Shown one piece after another: positions 34,849 through 44,264 of a DNA stretch of 64,000 nucleotides (its first letter is position 1; each line of letters opens with the position of its first letter). Position numbers and translations under genes: made by a program. The notes under the pieces were generated by a model that made no database searches, was not told the DNA's origin, and saw nothing but the letters and a program-made list of their open reading frames with translations. Source of the DNA: Hyphomicrobiales bacterium (GTDB lineage: Bacteria; Pseudomonadota; Alphaproteobacteria; Rhizobiales; JAJFHC01); assembly GCA_965227875.1 (NCBI GenBank), contig OZ245783.1:4442356-4506355 (forward strand), in the 5' to 3' direction.

Positions 34849-36156
34849 ATGATGATCCGAACGCTTCTTCCCGTCGCCGCCCTTTTGGCCAGCGTCGCCG
34901 TGCTTCTTCTCGGCAACGGACTTCAGGGGACGCTCCTGCCCGTGCGCGCGCAGCTCGAGGATTTCGGGTCGGTCAACATCGGCATTCTGGGATCGTCCTA
35001 CTTTCTCGGCTTTGCCGCGGGCTGCATGCTGGCCCCCTACGCCGTGCGGCGCGTCGGGCACATCCGGGCTTTCACGGCGATGGTCGCCATCGCATCGACG
35101 GTTTCCCTTGCCCACGCGTTGATCGTCTGGCCGCCCATATGGTGGGTCTTCCGGGCGCTGACGGGCTTCTGCTTCGCGGGCCTCTACATGATCATCGAGA
35201 GCTGGTTGATGGAGCGCTCGACCAACGAAACGCGAGGCTTCGTCTTTTCGGTCTACACGGTGATCAACCTGACCGTCATCACCATCGGGCAGATGTTCGT
35301 CGCGTTGGACGATCCCAGAAACTTCCCGCTTTTCGCAATCGCCTCCATCCTCGTGTCGCTGGCGGCCGTGCCCGTATCGCTCAGCACCGCCACGGCCCCG
35401 AAGCCGCCGACCGTGGTGCGCATCCGGCCGATGCATCTTTTCCGGATATCCCCGGTCGGCCTTGTCGGCAGCTTTTCCGTCGGCCTGTCCAACGGTGCGT
35501 TCTGGTCACTGGGGCCGGTTTTCGCGCAGCGCGAGGAAGGCAACGTGACGGCCATCGCCATATTCATGAGCCTCGCCGTTATCGCCGGTGCGGTCGGCCA
35601 GTGGCCCCTCGGCCTGTTGTCGGACCGGCAGGACCGCCGGCGCGTGATCATCGGCGCGTGCATCGCTGCGGCCATTGCGGGTGCGGCGCTTTCCGCGGCG
35701 TCGCTGATGTGGGCGCCTACCCCTGTGATCCTGGCGCTCGCGGCCATGTTCGGCGTGTTCGCGTTTCCGCTCTACTCGATCTGCGCGGCCCACACGAACG
35801 ATCACGTGGAGGCGGACGGTTTCGTCGAGGCCGCAAGCGGTCTCCTCCTCGTTTTCTCTGCTGGAGCCGTGGCCGGTCCGGTCCTGGCGTCCTTCGCCAT
35901 GAAGCTCTACGGGGTATGGGCCCTGTTCAGCTACACCGCACTGGTCCACGTGGCGCTCGCGGCTTACGCCACCTATCGCATACGCACGAGAAATCCCGTG
36001 GCGGCGGACAGTCGCGGCACGTTCCAGGAGACGATCACGGTCTCCCAGACCGTCTCGACCATCGATCCCAACGCGGAGATGGCAGAGCACGAAACCGCGC
36101 GACCGGACGAGGAGGATCTTCTCGATGCCGGCGAAACGCCGGAAAGACGGGATTGA
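34849..36156 (+). CDS. MFS transporter (YcaD-like)
   Basis: GNGLQGTLLPVR, RVGHIRAF, IESWL and QWPLG.LSDR.DRR motifs, about 12 TM helices. Confidence 0.9.
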   Translation: MMIRTLLPVAALLASVAVLLLGNGLQGTLLPVRAQLEDFGSVNIGILGSSYFLGFAAGCMLAPYAVRRVGHIRAFTAMVAIASTVSLAHALIVWPPIWWVFRALTGFCFAGLYMIIESWLMERSTNETRGFVFSVYTVINLTVITIGQMFVALDDPRNFPLFAIASILVSLAAVPVSLSTATAPKPPTVVRIRPMHLFRISPVGLVGSFSVGLSNGAFWSLGPVFAQREEGNVTAIAIFMSLAVIAGAVGQWPLGLLSDRQDRRRVIIGACIAAAIAGAALSAASLMWAPTPVILALAAMFGVFAFPLYSICAAHTNDHVEADGFVEAASGLLLVFSAGAVAGPVLASFAMKLYGVWALFSYTALVHVALAAYATYRIRTRNPVAADSRGTFQETITVSQTVSTIDPNAEMAEHETARPDEEDLLDAGETPERRD

Positions 36157-36189
36157 AAAAGAAAAGAGCCGCCCGATGGGGCGGCTCTT
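36156..36189 (-). terminator. Rho-independent terminator between convergent MFS and PRC-barrel genes
   Basis: AAGAGCCGCCC-GATG-GGGCGGCTCTT with a T-rich tail on the minus strand. Confidence 0.85.
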
Positions 36190-36212
36190 GACTGTCGGAG
36201 AGACGGTGGGGA

Positions 36213-37190
36213 TCAGCCCTGGTATTCAGGCTGGTTCTCGAGGTTCTCCTGGGTGGCGTCGATGTAGACGCGGAAATCGCTGCCATCTTCGGAGCGCAGG
36301 ATCTCCAGTTCCTCGAACGTCACGGCGACCGGATGCTCGCCAATGCCGAGGAAACCACCGACGTCGATCACGACTTTCTCGACCTTGCCGTCGTCGCTGA
36401 GGACCAGCCGGTTGATTTCACCGACGTCTTCGTCGTTCGAACCGTAGACCCGGGCGCCTTCCAGCTGGTCGGCGGTCAGTTCAGCCGGCTCCGCACGAAG
36501 GTAGCCTTCACGCTCGACGGTCGGACGCGGCAGCAGGGTGCGCTGGTTGGCGCCTTCGTCGTTCATCGCGGTCTGGTTCTTGGCGTCGGCCGTCGCTTCG
36601 GTCTCAGCCTTCATGTCCGTTTCGGCGGTGTTCTTTTCCGCTTCCGTGCCGCTGGTCATTTCGGCGGCTTCGGTCGGCTTCGCAGCCGGCTCGGACTTGG
36701 CGGTCGTTTCGGTCTGCTGATCAGCTTCCACTTCGGCGGTCTTGTACGCCTCGGCGTTGTTCAGCGCTTCCTTGTTGGTGTTGACGACGAGGAAGTAGTC
36801 ACCCTTGTCGTCGGAATCGTTGACCATCTTGATGGAAGACATCGGGACGGCAACGTCCTTCTCGCCGATGCCGAGGAAACCGCCGACACCGATGATCACG
36901 GCCTTGACCTGGCCGTCATGGCCGAGGATCACGTCGTTGATCTCACCGATATCGTCCCATTCCTTCGTGGCGTCCTGGTTGACGGAAGCGTTCTGCTCCC
37001 AAGCCGTCCACTGTTCCTGGTTTTCGTTCGCATAGACACGCATGCCGATGAAGTTCGAGGCACGGATATCCATGCTTTGGGACTGGTAGGTGTCAAGCGC
37101 GTTGGTCGTGGTCGCGGCGATACCCGACGTGCTCATCATCAGGGCAACGGCGGTCGACGCAAGGACGCCTTTCATCACACGATTTTTCAT
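36213..37190 (-). CDS. Secreted protein with two PRC-barrel domains
   Basis: Signal peptide, two GEIN....VGGFLGIGE..VAV repeats joined by an Ala/Glu/Thr-rich linker. Confidence 0.9.
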   Translation of the reverse strand: MKNRVMKGVLASTAVALMMSTSGIAATTTNALDTYQSQSMDIRASNFIGMRVYANENQEQWTAWEQNASVNQDATKEWDDIGEINDVILGHDGQVKAVIIGVGGFLGIGEKDVAVPMSSIKMVNDSDDKGDYFLVVNTNKEALNNAEAYKTAEVEADQQTETTAKSEPAAKPTEAAEMTSGTEAEKNTAETDMKAETEATADAKNQTAMNDEGANQRTLLPRPTVEREGYLRAEPAELTADQLEGARVYGSNDEDVGEINRLVLSDDGKVEKVVIDVGGFLGIGEHPVAVTFEELEILRSEDGSDFRVYIDATQENLENQPEYQG

Positions 37191-37277
37191 TTCTGATCTC
37201 CTGGGTTGCTTTGGATCAACTCAACTCGAACCGGCCTTGGACACGGGGAAACGTCACTGCCGGCTTCGTGTGGGGGC

Positions 37278-37302
37278 AACGTCGTCAAAAGCGATTGGTT
37301 CC
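37278..37302 (-). promoter_or_regulatory. EcfG (general stress sigma) promoter of the PRC-barrel gene
   Basis: Minus strand reads GGAAC-CAATCGCTTTTGACGA(16)-CGTT, about 90 bp upstream of the ATG. Confidence 0.8.
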
Positions 37303-37382
37303 GGGAGAGGAAAAAAATTTGAGCGGATTTTTGTTCGTGGCTTCAGTCGTTTCCGGCCAGGCGTCCGGCACCGCGAGTTTGC

Positions 37383-37401
37383 GGTTAATTAATCCTTAAC
37401 C
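37383..37401. promoter_or_regulatory. CtrA box GGTTAA-TTAATCC-TTAACC
   Basis: Exact TTAA-N7-TTAAC match upstream of the matrixin gene. Confidence 0.72.
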
Positions 37402-38247
37402 ATGCGGAACGACTTTGTTAGCCTGTTGTCGGGAAGCCGGAAAAGGCAGTCGCGCGGTGTAAGCAAACCGCCGCAAAAGCCGTGGCCGAGGGTAGTTTTG
37501 AAGGTCTTGCAGCGCCTGTACGTATGTGTGCTCGTGGTTGCGTCCGTAGCGTTTGCGGGCCCCTCCCTTGCGCGCGACAATAACAGCTTCCGCCTTATCA
37601 AGCTGGACGGTGGATATCTCAAATGGGGCGATGGCCGTCTGGGCACACCGGCCGTGGTGACGATCGCTTTTGCCGATCGCGCGGTACATATCCCCGGCGC
37701 CCGCAATTGCCGCGTCATGAACGGCATCCAGAAGCTTTCCGCGACCGCGGGCTTTTCTCTTGGCGTTATACGCGCGGAACTCGAGAAGGCCATGCGGATG
37801 TGGACGCAGGTGGCTGCCATTCGTTTCCGGTTCACGCGTGCCGAGGATGCCGACATCCTCGTGGGCACCCAGGTGAAGCCGCGCGGCCGGGCCTTCGCCA
37901 ATGTCGAATACACCACCGCACAGGAAATGGCGTCCATGGTCCGTCCTGCTTCGGCGGGAGGGTCCGACGTTCGCGAAACCGGCCAGGACGTCCCGGTGCA
38001 CCGCATGGACCGCGCGCAAATCTGTCTCAACCCCGTCCAGAAATGGGATGTCGGTTTTGACGGTAACCGCGCGAGTTACGATCTCCGATACACGTTCGCG
38101 CACGAGATCGGCCACGCGATCGGACTGAACCATCCCGGACGCCGTGGCAGCCTCATGGCTTCGAGATATGAAGAGACGTTTCGCGAACTTCGCGCCGGCG
38201 ACATTGCCGGTGTCCAAAGACTCTACGGACCGCCCCGAAGCTTCTGA
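37402..38247 (+). CDS. Matrixin (M10/metzincin) family metalloprotease
   Basis: HEIGHAIGLNH zinc motif, SLM Met-turn, DIAGVQRLYG. Signal peptide-like segment; the real start is probably downstream (about 37480-37500). Confidence 0.88.
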   Translation: MRNDFVSLLSGSRKRQSRGVSKPPQKPWPRVVLKVLQRLYVCVLVVASVAFAGPSLARDNNSFRLIKLDGGYLKWGDGRLGTPAVVTIAFADRAVHIPGARNCRVMNGIQKLSATAGFSLGVIRAELEKAMRMWTQVAAIRFRFTRAEDADILVGTQVKPRGRAFANVEYTTAQEMASMVRPASAGGSDVRETGQDVPVHRMDRAQICLNPVQKWDVGFDGNRASYDLRYTFAHEIGHAIGLNHPGRRGSLMASRYEETFRELRAGDIAGVQRLYGPPRSF

Positions 38248-38332
38248 CGTTTTTCGAAAACATCATCTGTCCAGGTCGGCATTCGCCGAGTTTCGAGAGG
38301 ACACGCGCCGGCAAGTGTCGGACTGAAGCCGG

Positions 38333-39169
38333 TCAACTACGCAATCTTGCGTGGATTTCGATCGGCGCGATCCGTCCGGCCTCGATATTCCGAACCATGT
38401 GCCGGACCTTCAGTGCCGTGTCGTCGCCCATGACGAGGTGGAGGCCCAGCGGCGGAGGTCCGTCGGCGCGGTCCTGCGCCGCGGCGAGGTCGGCAAAGAA
38501 TTTCCGGGCGAATGCCGTCCGGTCGATACGGTCGACCACGTCGAAACCAGCGGTATTCAGGGCAGCCTCGTAGGCTTCGGGTGCTGCGAGCGCACTCTGG
38601 TCCGCGCTTGCCGCCCAGGGCGCGGGATAATCCATCTCCCCATCTCCCACCTGCATGACGTCGTAGATCGTGAACAAGCCACCCGGCTTGAGCACTCGTG
38701 CCGCTTGCCGTGCAATCCCCGCCTTGTCGGCGATGTTCATGCCGACATGGATCATGTATGCGGCATCCATGGTCTGCGGCTCCAGGGGCAAATCAAGGAT
38801 GCTGCCCTGAACAAGGTTTACCCGGTCGGCCAGGCCCGTCCATTCGTTCAGAACGCGGCCGGTTTCGACGAACTCCTGGGTCAGGTCGACGCCCGTGACC
38901 GATGCTCCCGTCGTCGCGGCGATGAAACGCGCCGGCCCTCCCAGGCCGCATCCGAGGTCGACCGCATGTTTTCCGTCCGAAAGCTGCAGCGCTCGCACCA
39001 GCGGTTCCGTGGCCAGGCGGCCACCGATATGGAACTCGTCCACGGGAGCCAGGGCATCGGGCGCAATCGGCGGGCTCAGCTCCAGGGCGGTACAGCCATC
39101 CGAAATACGCTTGAGCAGATGGCCGGTGTGGTAGTGACGGGCAACATCTTCCGGATTTGTCATCGCCAA
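38333..39169 (-). CDS. Class I SAM-dependent methyltransferase
   Basis: DEFHIGG, DLGCGLGG, GVDLT, HVGMNI and RVLKPGG motifs. Confidence 0.9.
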   Translation of the reverse strand: MAMTNPEDVARHYHTGHLLKRISDGCTALELSPPIAPDALAPVDEFHIGGRLATEPLVRALQLSDGKHAVDLGCGLGGPARFIAATTGASVTGVDLTQEFVETGRVLNEWTGLADRVNLVQGSILDLPLEPQTMDAAYMIHVGMNIADKAGIARQAARVLKPGGLFTIYDVMQVGDGEMDYPAPWAASADQSALAAPEAYEAALNTAGFDVVDRIDRTAFARKFFADLAAAQDRADGPPPLGLHLVMGDDTALKVRHMVRNIEAGRIAPIEIHARLRS

Positions 39170-39393
39170 GCATCCCCTCCCTTGCGGTTCGGACAGATCG
39201 ATGGAGCAGGTCTTGCCGGAAGACTATCACCCGGATGACCCTGGATGGAACAGGCTTCGGTCGGTTCGCTTGGCATCGATTGCGAGCAAAAGACCGTGGA
39301 ACTGCGCTCGCCCGACTTGATTTATTGGCCCGATGCATCGGTGAGCGGCTTGCCGAAGGGGTGCGGCACACCAACTTATATGACCGTGCATGG

Positions 39394-39418
39394 GGAACAT
39401 CGACGAGCGGCGAGCGTT
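39394..39418 (+). promoter_or_regulatory. EcfG promoter of the OmpA-family gene
   Basis: GGAAC-ATCGACGAGCGGCGAG(16)-CGTT, about 100 bp upstream of ATG 39520. Confidence 0.78.
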
Positions 39419-39519
39419 TACCCCGCATCGGCTGCGACCCGGAAACTCGCCTTTGTCGAACAATGGCGGTTCCCCCGTCGCAGGCCCCCCATTTGCACAT
39501 GCAACCACGGAGAAACGTC

Positions 39520-41160
39520 ATGTTTCGCACGAAAACACTTCTGCTTGGCACGGCCTGTGCCTTCGCCATCACGGCATCCCTCAATGCACCCTCACATGCG
39601 GCGCAGCCCCTGAAGCTTGCCCAGGCGACGGAGATAGTCGAGGACGCGGCTGAAAAGACGAAAAAGGAAGAAGGCGCACAGGAAAACACCGCCGCGGAAA
39701 CCACCGAGAAGGCCGCGGAAGACACGAAGGTAGAAGCTTCGACCGAGGCCGAAGTCAAGGCTGGAACCGAAGCCGAGGCCCAGGCGTCACAGGAAAAACA
39801 GCCGGATGCAAACGCCGAAACCGCACAGCAGCCGGAAAAGACTGAGACGCAAGGCACGTCGTCCGGAAACACCGAGGCGAGCGTGGAGCAGCCCCGGAAG
39901 CAGAAAAAGGACAATGCCAAGGAGAAACAGCAGTCCGAAAGTGCCGGGACCCCTGGAGACGGTCAGTCCACCACAAGCACCGAAACCGATGGGAGTGCAA
40001 ATGCATCTGCGACCGCCACCTCCGGTGAAGGTGCAGAGTCCGGCAAGGATCGCAAGAAGTCCCGCAAGGAAAACCGCGACTCCGAGAAGCAGGAGGCGTC
40101 ATCAGGAAGCTCGGATGGCGGAAACACAGCGGCCAACGACAGCGGTGCCCCCGCGCAACAGGACGTCATCGTCAAGGATGACATGACCAAGGCGGAAAAG
40201 CGTGAAATGAGGCGTCGGGAAAAGGCCCGACGCGAGGAAAAGCGCAAGAACCGCGAAGAACTGATCGGTGCGGCGGCGGCCGGCATCGCGATCGGTGCCG
40301 TCATCGAAGCACTCGGCGGTAAGGTCGTGGGCGACGAAGGCGACCGCATCGTCATCGAGTCCAATGGCCGTCTGAAGGTCCGCAAGGACGAAAACGAGCG
40401 ATTGCGGGTCGACGGCGCCACCGTTCGCCGTGAAGATCTCGGCGACGGCCGCACGCGGACGGTCGTAACGCGGCCCAACGGCGTGCGCGTCATCACGGTG
40501 CGCGACCGGGGCGGGTTCATCCTGCGCCGGGTGAAGGTCCTCCGAAACGGTGACCGGATCGTGCTCGTCGACGAGGAAGGCCGTCGCCGGCGTGGCGAAC
40601 GTACGGATTTCGACCGCCGCCTGCCGCCTCTGCGCATCGGTATCGACCGCGAACGCTACATCGTGGAGTCACGGCGGGCCAACCGGCGCCAGATCCGCGA
40701 AGCCCTTCGCGCAGACCCGGTGGAAAGGGTGGAACGCGAGTACACGCTGAGCGAGGTGCGTGACAGCGAACGGCTGCGTGCGAAACTCCCGCGCGTGGAC
40801 CTCGATACCATCACCTTCGACACTGACAGCGCGGCGGTGACACGATCCCAGGTCGACGAACTGGCTGAAATCGGCAATGCCATAGCCGAGATTGTCGAAG
40901 ACGACCCGCGGGAACTGTTTCTCGTCGAGGGTCACACGGACGCGGTGGGCCGGGAACTCTACAATCTGACGCTGTCGGACCGCCGTGCCGAAACCATCGC
41001 CCGCATTCTTACCGACCGGTATGGCGTGCCGCCGGAAAACCTCATTGTCGAGGGCTATGGCGAGCAGTACCTGAAGATCGACACCCAGGAAGCCGAGCGC
41101 GCCAACAGGCGGGTGACTCTGCGACGCATCACGCCGCTGCTCAACGCCAGGAAGCAGTAA
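39520..41160 (+). CDS. OmpA-family (peptidoglycan-binding) protein with long low-complexity N-terminus
   Basis: Signal peptide MFRTKTLLLG, C-terminal ITFDTDSA, EGHTDAVG..YNLTLSDRRA, GYGE and NRRV motifs. Confidence 0.9.
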   Translation: MFRTKTLLLGTACAFAITASLNAPSHAAQPLKLAQATEIVEDAAEKTKKEEGAQENTAAETTEKAAEDTKVEASTEAEVKAGTEAEAQASQEKQPDANAETAQQPEKTETQGTSSGNTEASVEQPRKQKKDNAKEKQQSESAGTPGDGQSTTSTETDGSANASATATSGEGAESGKDRKKSRKENRDSEKQEASSGSSDGGNTAANDSGAPAQQDVIVKDDMTKAEKREMRRREKARREEKRKNREELIGAAAAGIAIGAVIEALGGKVVGDEGDRIVIESNGRLKVRKDENERLRVDGATVRREDLGDGRTRTVVTRPNGVRVITVRDRGGFILRRVKVLRNGDRIVLVDEEGRRRRGERTDFDRRLPPLRIGIDRERYIVESRRANRRQIREALRADPVERVEREYTLSEVRDSERLRAKLPRVDLDTITFDTDSAAVTRSQVDELAEIGNAIAEIVEDDPRELFLVEGHTDAVGRELYNLTLSDRRAETIARILTDRYGVPPENLIVEGYGEQYLKIDTQEAERANRRVTLRRITPLLNARKQ

Positions 41161-41204
41161 TCGGTCTGGGTGCGAGATCTAGATCCAGGTCAGCGACAGG
41201 ATGA

Positions 41205-41235
41205 AGGGGATCCGGAGCCCGGCTTCGGGTCCCCT
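41205..41235. terminator. Stem-loop between convergent ompA-like and DUF1326 genes
   Basis: AGGGGATCCGGAGC / GCTTCGGGTCCCCT stem with G-U pairs. Confidence 0.65.
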
Positions 41236-41243
41236 CTTCCGAC

Positions 41244-41861
41244 TTAAGGCCCCGACCATTCCAGCTTGCAGATTTCCGCGCTGCGGCCGGCAAAATCCCA
41301 GTTGCGTCCGAACGCCCGAAGCTTGCTCCGCTTGGACTGGGCGACGATGATGTCGGGCGCGATCCAGTACTGGCTGTTCTGGATCACCACGTGCTCGCCG
41401 GGCCCGTTGCCCTTGATCGGGCTGATCTCGCCGTCGATCACCTTCGGGATCCGGAACTTCCGGGTGTCGCCTTCGGTTTCGTAGGTGATGGGCGCCTGCT
41501 CTACGCCGAGGAAACGCCCGACGAGGATGGACAGGATGTGCGTCGTACCGCGTGCCCGGCCGCTGAAAATCTTCGACAGGCCCTTGAGCGCATAGATGTC
41601 CGCGCGTTCGTCGATATAGGCGGCCGCGGTCCAGTTGCCTCGGCTCATCATGCCCGGGATCTCGATCAGCAGACCGACATTCAGTCCGGAAAGATCGACA
41701 TCCCCATAATGGCCTTCATCGATCCGGATGCCACCCCACGTCTGGCAGTGGCCTTCCGTCGGCGGATGCTGGCCGAGCGAGATCACACACGGGCAGAACA
41801 CCGTGCAATTGCAGCTCAGCATGAGTTCGCCGTTCAGTTTCCATGGCTCGATTGCTGCCAT
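41244..41861 (-). CDS. DUF1326 protein
   Basis: W...G....SCNC..FCPC...PT.GHC and I..G.YGDVDLSGL motifs. Confidence 0.88.
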   Translation of the reverse strand: MAAIEPWKLNGELMLSCNCTVFCPCVISLGQHPPTEGHCQTWGGIRIDEGHYGDVDLSGLNVGLLIEIPGMMSRGNWTAAAYIDERADIYALKGLSKIFSGRARGTTHILSILVGRFLGVEQAPITYETEGDTRKFRIPKVIDGEISPIKGNGPGEHVVIQNSQYWIAPDIIVAQSKRSKLRAFGRNWDFAGRSAEICKLEWSGP

Positions 41862-41873
41862 AACGTCTACTCC

Positions 41874-42755
41874 TCAATACAGGACTTGGGCGGCGAGCAG
41901 GCCGCCGGCCCAGACAAACAGGATGGCCCCCACGCCGCGCGAGACCGCCTTCGGCGAAGGCAGGACCTTCTCCGCAAGCATGACCAGCGCCAGGATGCAC
42001 ATCCAGACCACGTTCATGAGCCCCGCCACGAACATCACCGCCATCAGGGCCCAGCAGCACATCACGCAGAGGATCCCCTGCCGCATGCCGAGCCGGAAGA
42101 TACCGCCCGGACGATCCGTCCAGTTGGCCATGAAGAACGGAAAAGGTGTCCGGCACTTGGTCAGGCACGCCATCTTGAGCTCGGAAAACTGGTAAAGCCC
42201 TGCAGCGGCAAGGATCCCCGCTGCCAGGTAACCGTTCTTCACCACCAGCCCGGGGCTGACCTGCGCCAGGTGTATCAGCACGGCCTGGCCGAGAGTCGCC
42301 ATGGCGCCGAACAGGAACCAGACGAAGAGATAGCCGCCGGCGAGTATGAGCGGCGAGACGACCGGTATGTCCCTGGCCCTCGCCGTCTCCGCGATCTCGG
42401 TATAGGTCGTGATCATGGGCGCGGCCGTCGGCAGCATCATGGCGCAGGACATCGCAACCCACATCACGAATATCGACGCCAGGAAGCCCGGGGCAAAGGC
42501 TGAGCCATTGCCCGAGAACACGCTGTTTCCGTCGACCGTACACAGCGACGAAAGAAGGTCGCGGCCGAGGGCGCCGAGTTGCCCGATCTCGTTGAGACTG
42601 TTGAAGATCCACATGCCCGGGCCGGCCGTGGACATGTCGACCCGTCCGGCCATTTCGACCACCATGGCGAACAGGGCGGCGACGCCAAGCGCGAACACGA
42701 CGGCGATCCCGCCCCAGGCCAGCGCCCGGGTACGCGAAAAAAATCTCCAGGTCAT
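41874..42755 (-). CDS. DUF2182 predicted metal-binding membrane protein
   Basis: MWVAM..AMMLP, YQFSELK.ACL.KCR, G..CVMCCWALM and G.MN..WM motifs. Start uncertain. Confidence 0.88.
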   Translation of the reverse strand: MTWRFFSRTRALAWGGIAVVFALGVAALFAMVVEMAGRVDMSTAGPGMWIFNSLNEIGQLGALGRDLLSSLCTVDGNSVFSGNGSAFAPGFLASIFVMWVAMSCAMMLPTAAPMITTYTEIAETARARDIPVVSPLILAGGYLFVWFLFGAMATLGQAVLIHLAQVSPGLVVKNGYLAAGILAAAGLYQFSELKMACLTKCRTPFPFFMANWTDRPGGIFRLGMRQGILCVMCCWALMAVMFVAGLMNVVWMCILALVMLAEKVLPSPKAVSRGVGAILFVWAGGLLAAQVLY

Positions 42756-43014
42756 TGAAGCGACCTGGTCCGTCCCCGCGTCGGCGCTCAACCTGTCCTC
42801 CCTTGTTCCCCAGACTTTACCGCAAGATACAGGGTTGAGATACAGGTGTACCGCAAAGAGGTAAACATATGATCGAATGCTCAGAATGTCGCACGGGACC
42901 GGGGTTCGGCCATGGTCCGGTGAGGCCGGGCAGGCGCTGCGGCATCGCACCCGGTTGGCACGTCCAGGGTTTCGTTCCATATGTGTGACCGGACCTGAAA
43001 GGGAGTCTCGCGCT

Positions 43015-44205
43015 GTGTCTTCTCAGGCGTATTCGGATGTAGTGGTTGCCGGAGGCGGACCGGTCGGCCTCCTCTCTGCGCTCGCGCTTTCGCGCCGGGG
43101 GCCGGACACCGTGCTGTTTGCGCCGGATTTCGATGCGCCGGCCGCAGATGCACGCACGACGGCTCTCATGCAGGGCTCGATCGGCTTTCTGAGCGAACTG
43201 GGCGTATGGGGCGAACTGAAGGGATTTGCGGAACCGCTCGACGTCATGGCGCTGACCGACCGGACGACCCATGCGGTACGCGCGCGGGACGTTTCCTTCA
43301 GGGCGGATGAACTTGGGCCTGAACCGTTCGGCTGGAACATCCCGAACATTGCGCTGGTGACCGTCCTCCGCCGCAACGTCGAAACCTCCGGCACGCGAAT
43401 TGTCCGCGCTCCGGTGCGCGACGTCGTTCTGGAAGACGACGGCCATGCGGTGCGGGTCGAGGACGCGTACGGCTCGAGGTACCGATCAGCAGTACTGCTT
43501 GCCGCCGACGGGCGAAATTCATTGTGCCGGCGCAGGGCGGGCATCCGCACGAACGACTGGTCCTATCCCCAGCATGCGGTGGTCTGCTGTTTCGATCATT
43601 CCCGGCCACACAAGCGGGTGTCGACCGAGTTCCATCACGACGCGGGGCCCATGACCGTGGTCCCCTTGCCCGGCAAACGCTCGAGCCTCGTCTGGGTGGA
43701 GACCCCGGAAGAAGCCGAGAGACTGGTATCGCTGGACGACGAAACATTCGCCGCTGAATTGGAGGAACGAACCGGGGGTCTGCTAGGACGGATTTCCGGC
43801 GTCACCGAACGGCATCGCTTTCCCATCACAGGCCTGACGGCGAGGTCGTTCGCCTCCAACCGGACGATCCTTCTCGGCGAGGCGGCACATGTCATTCCAC
43901 CAATCGGCGCGCAGGGCCTCAACCTGGGCGTCCGGGACGTGTCGCTGGCTGCCGACCTCGTGGCCGAGGCATTCGACGCAGGCCGTGACCCAGGCGGAAA
44001 GGACCTCCTCGACACGTTCGACCGCCGCCGCCGCCGGGACGTCGTGCCGCGCACGGTGGCCGTCGATGTCCTGAACCGGTCGCTCATTCATCGGTTCGGC
44101 CCGTTGCAGGGACTTCGAAGCCTCGGGATCAGCGTGCTCGACAAGGTCACCCCGGTCCGGCGATTCATGATGCAGCAGGGCATTGGCCCACGCGACCGGG
44201 CGTAG
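43015..44205 (+). CDS. UbiH/UbiF/UbiL-family FAD hydroxylase (ubiquinone biosynthesis)
   Basis: GGGPVG, RTTAL, AADGRNS and GEAAHVIPPIGAQGLNLG motifs. Confidence 0.9.
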   Translation: MSSQAYSDVVVAGGGPVGLLSALALSRRGPDTVLFAPDFDAPAADARTTALMQGSIGFLSELGVWGELKGFAEPLDVMALTDRTTHAVRARDVSFRADELGPEPFGWNIPNIALVTVLRRNVETSGTRIVRAPVRDVVLEDDGHAVRVEDAYGSRYRSAVLLAADGRNSLCRRRAGIRTNDWSYPQHAVVCCFDHSRPHKRVSTEFHHDAGPMTVVPLPGKRSSLVWVETPEEAERLVSLDDETFAAELEERTGGLLGRISGVTERHRFPITGLTARSFASNRTILLGEAAHVIPPIGAQGLNLGVRDVSLAADLVAEAFDAGRDPGGKDLLDTFDRRRRRDVVPRTVAVDVLNRSLIHRFGPLQGLRSLGISVLDKVTPVRRFMMQQGIGPRDRA

Positions 44206-44264
44206 TCCGTATCGGCATCCGAGATTTCATCTCAGGAAAATGCCACTACTAATTGTATTGATTG

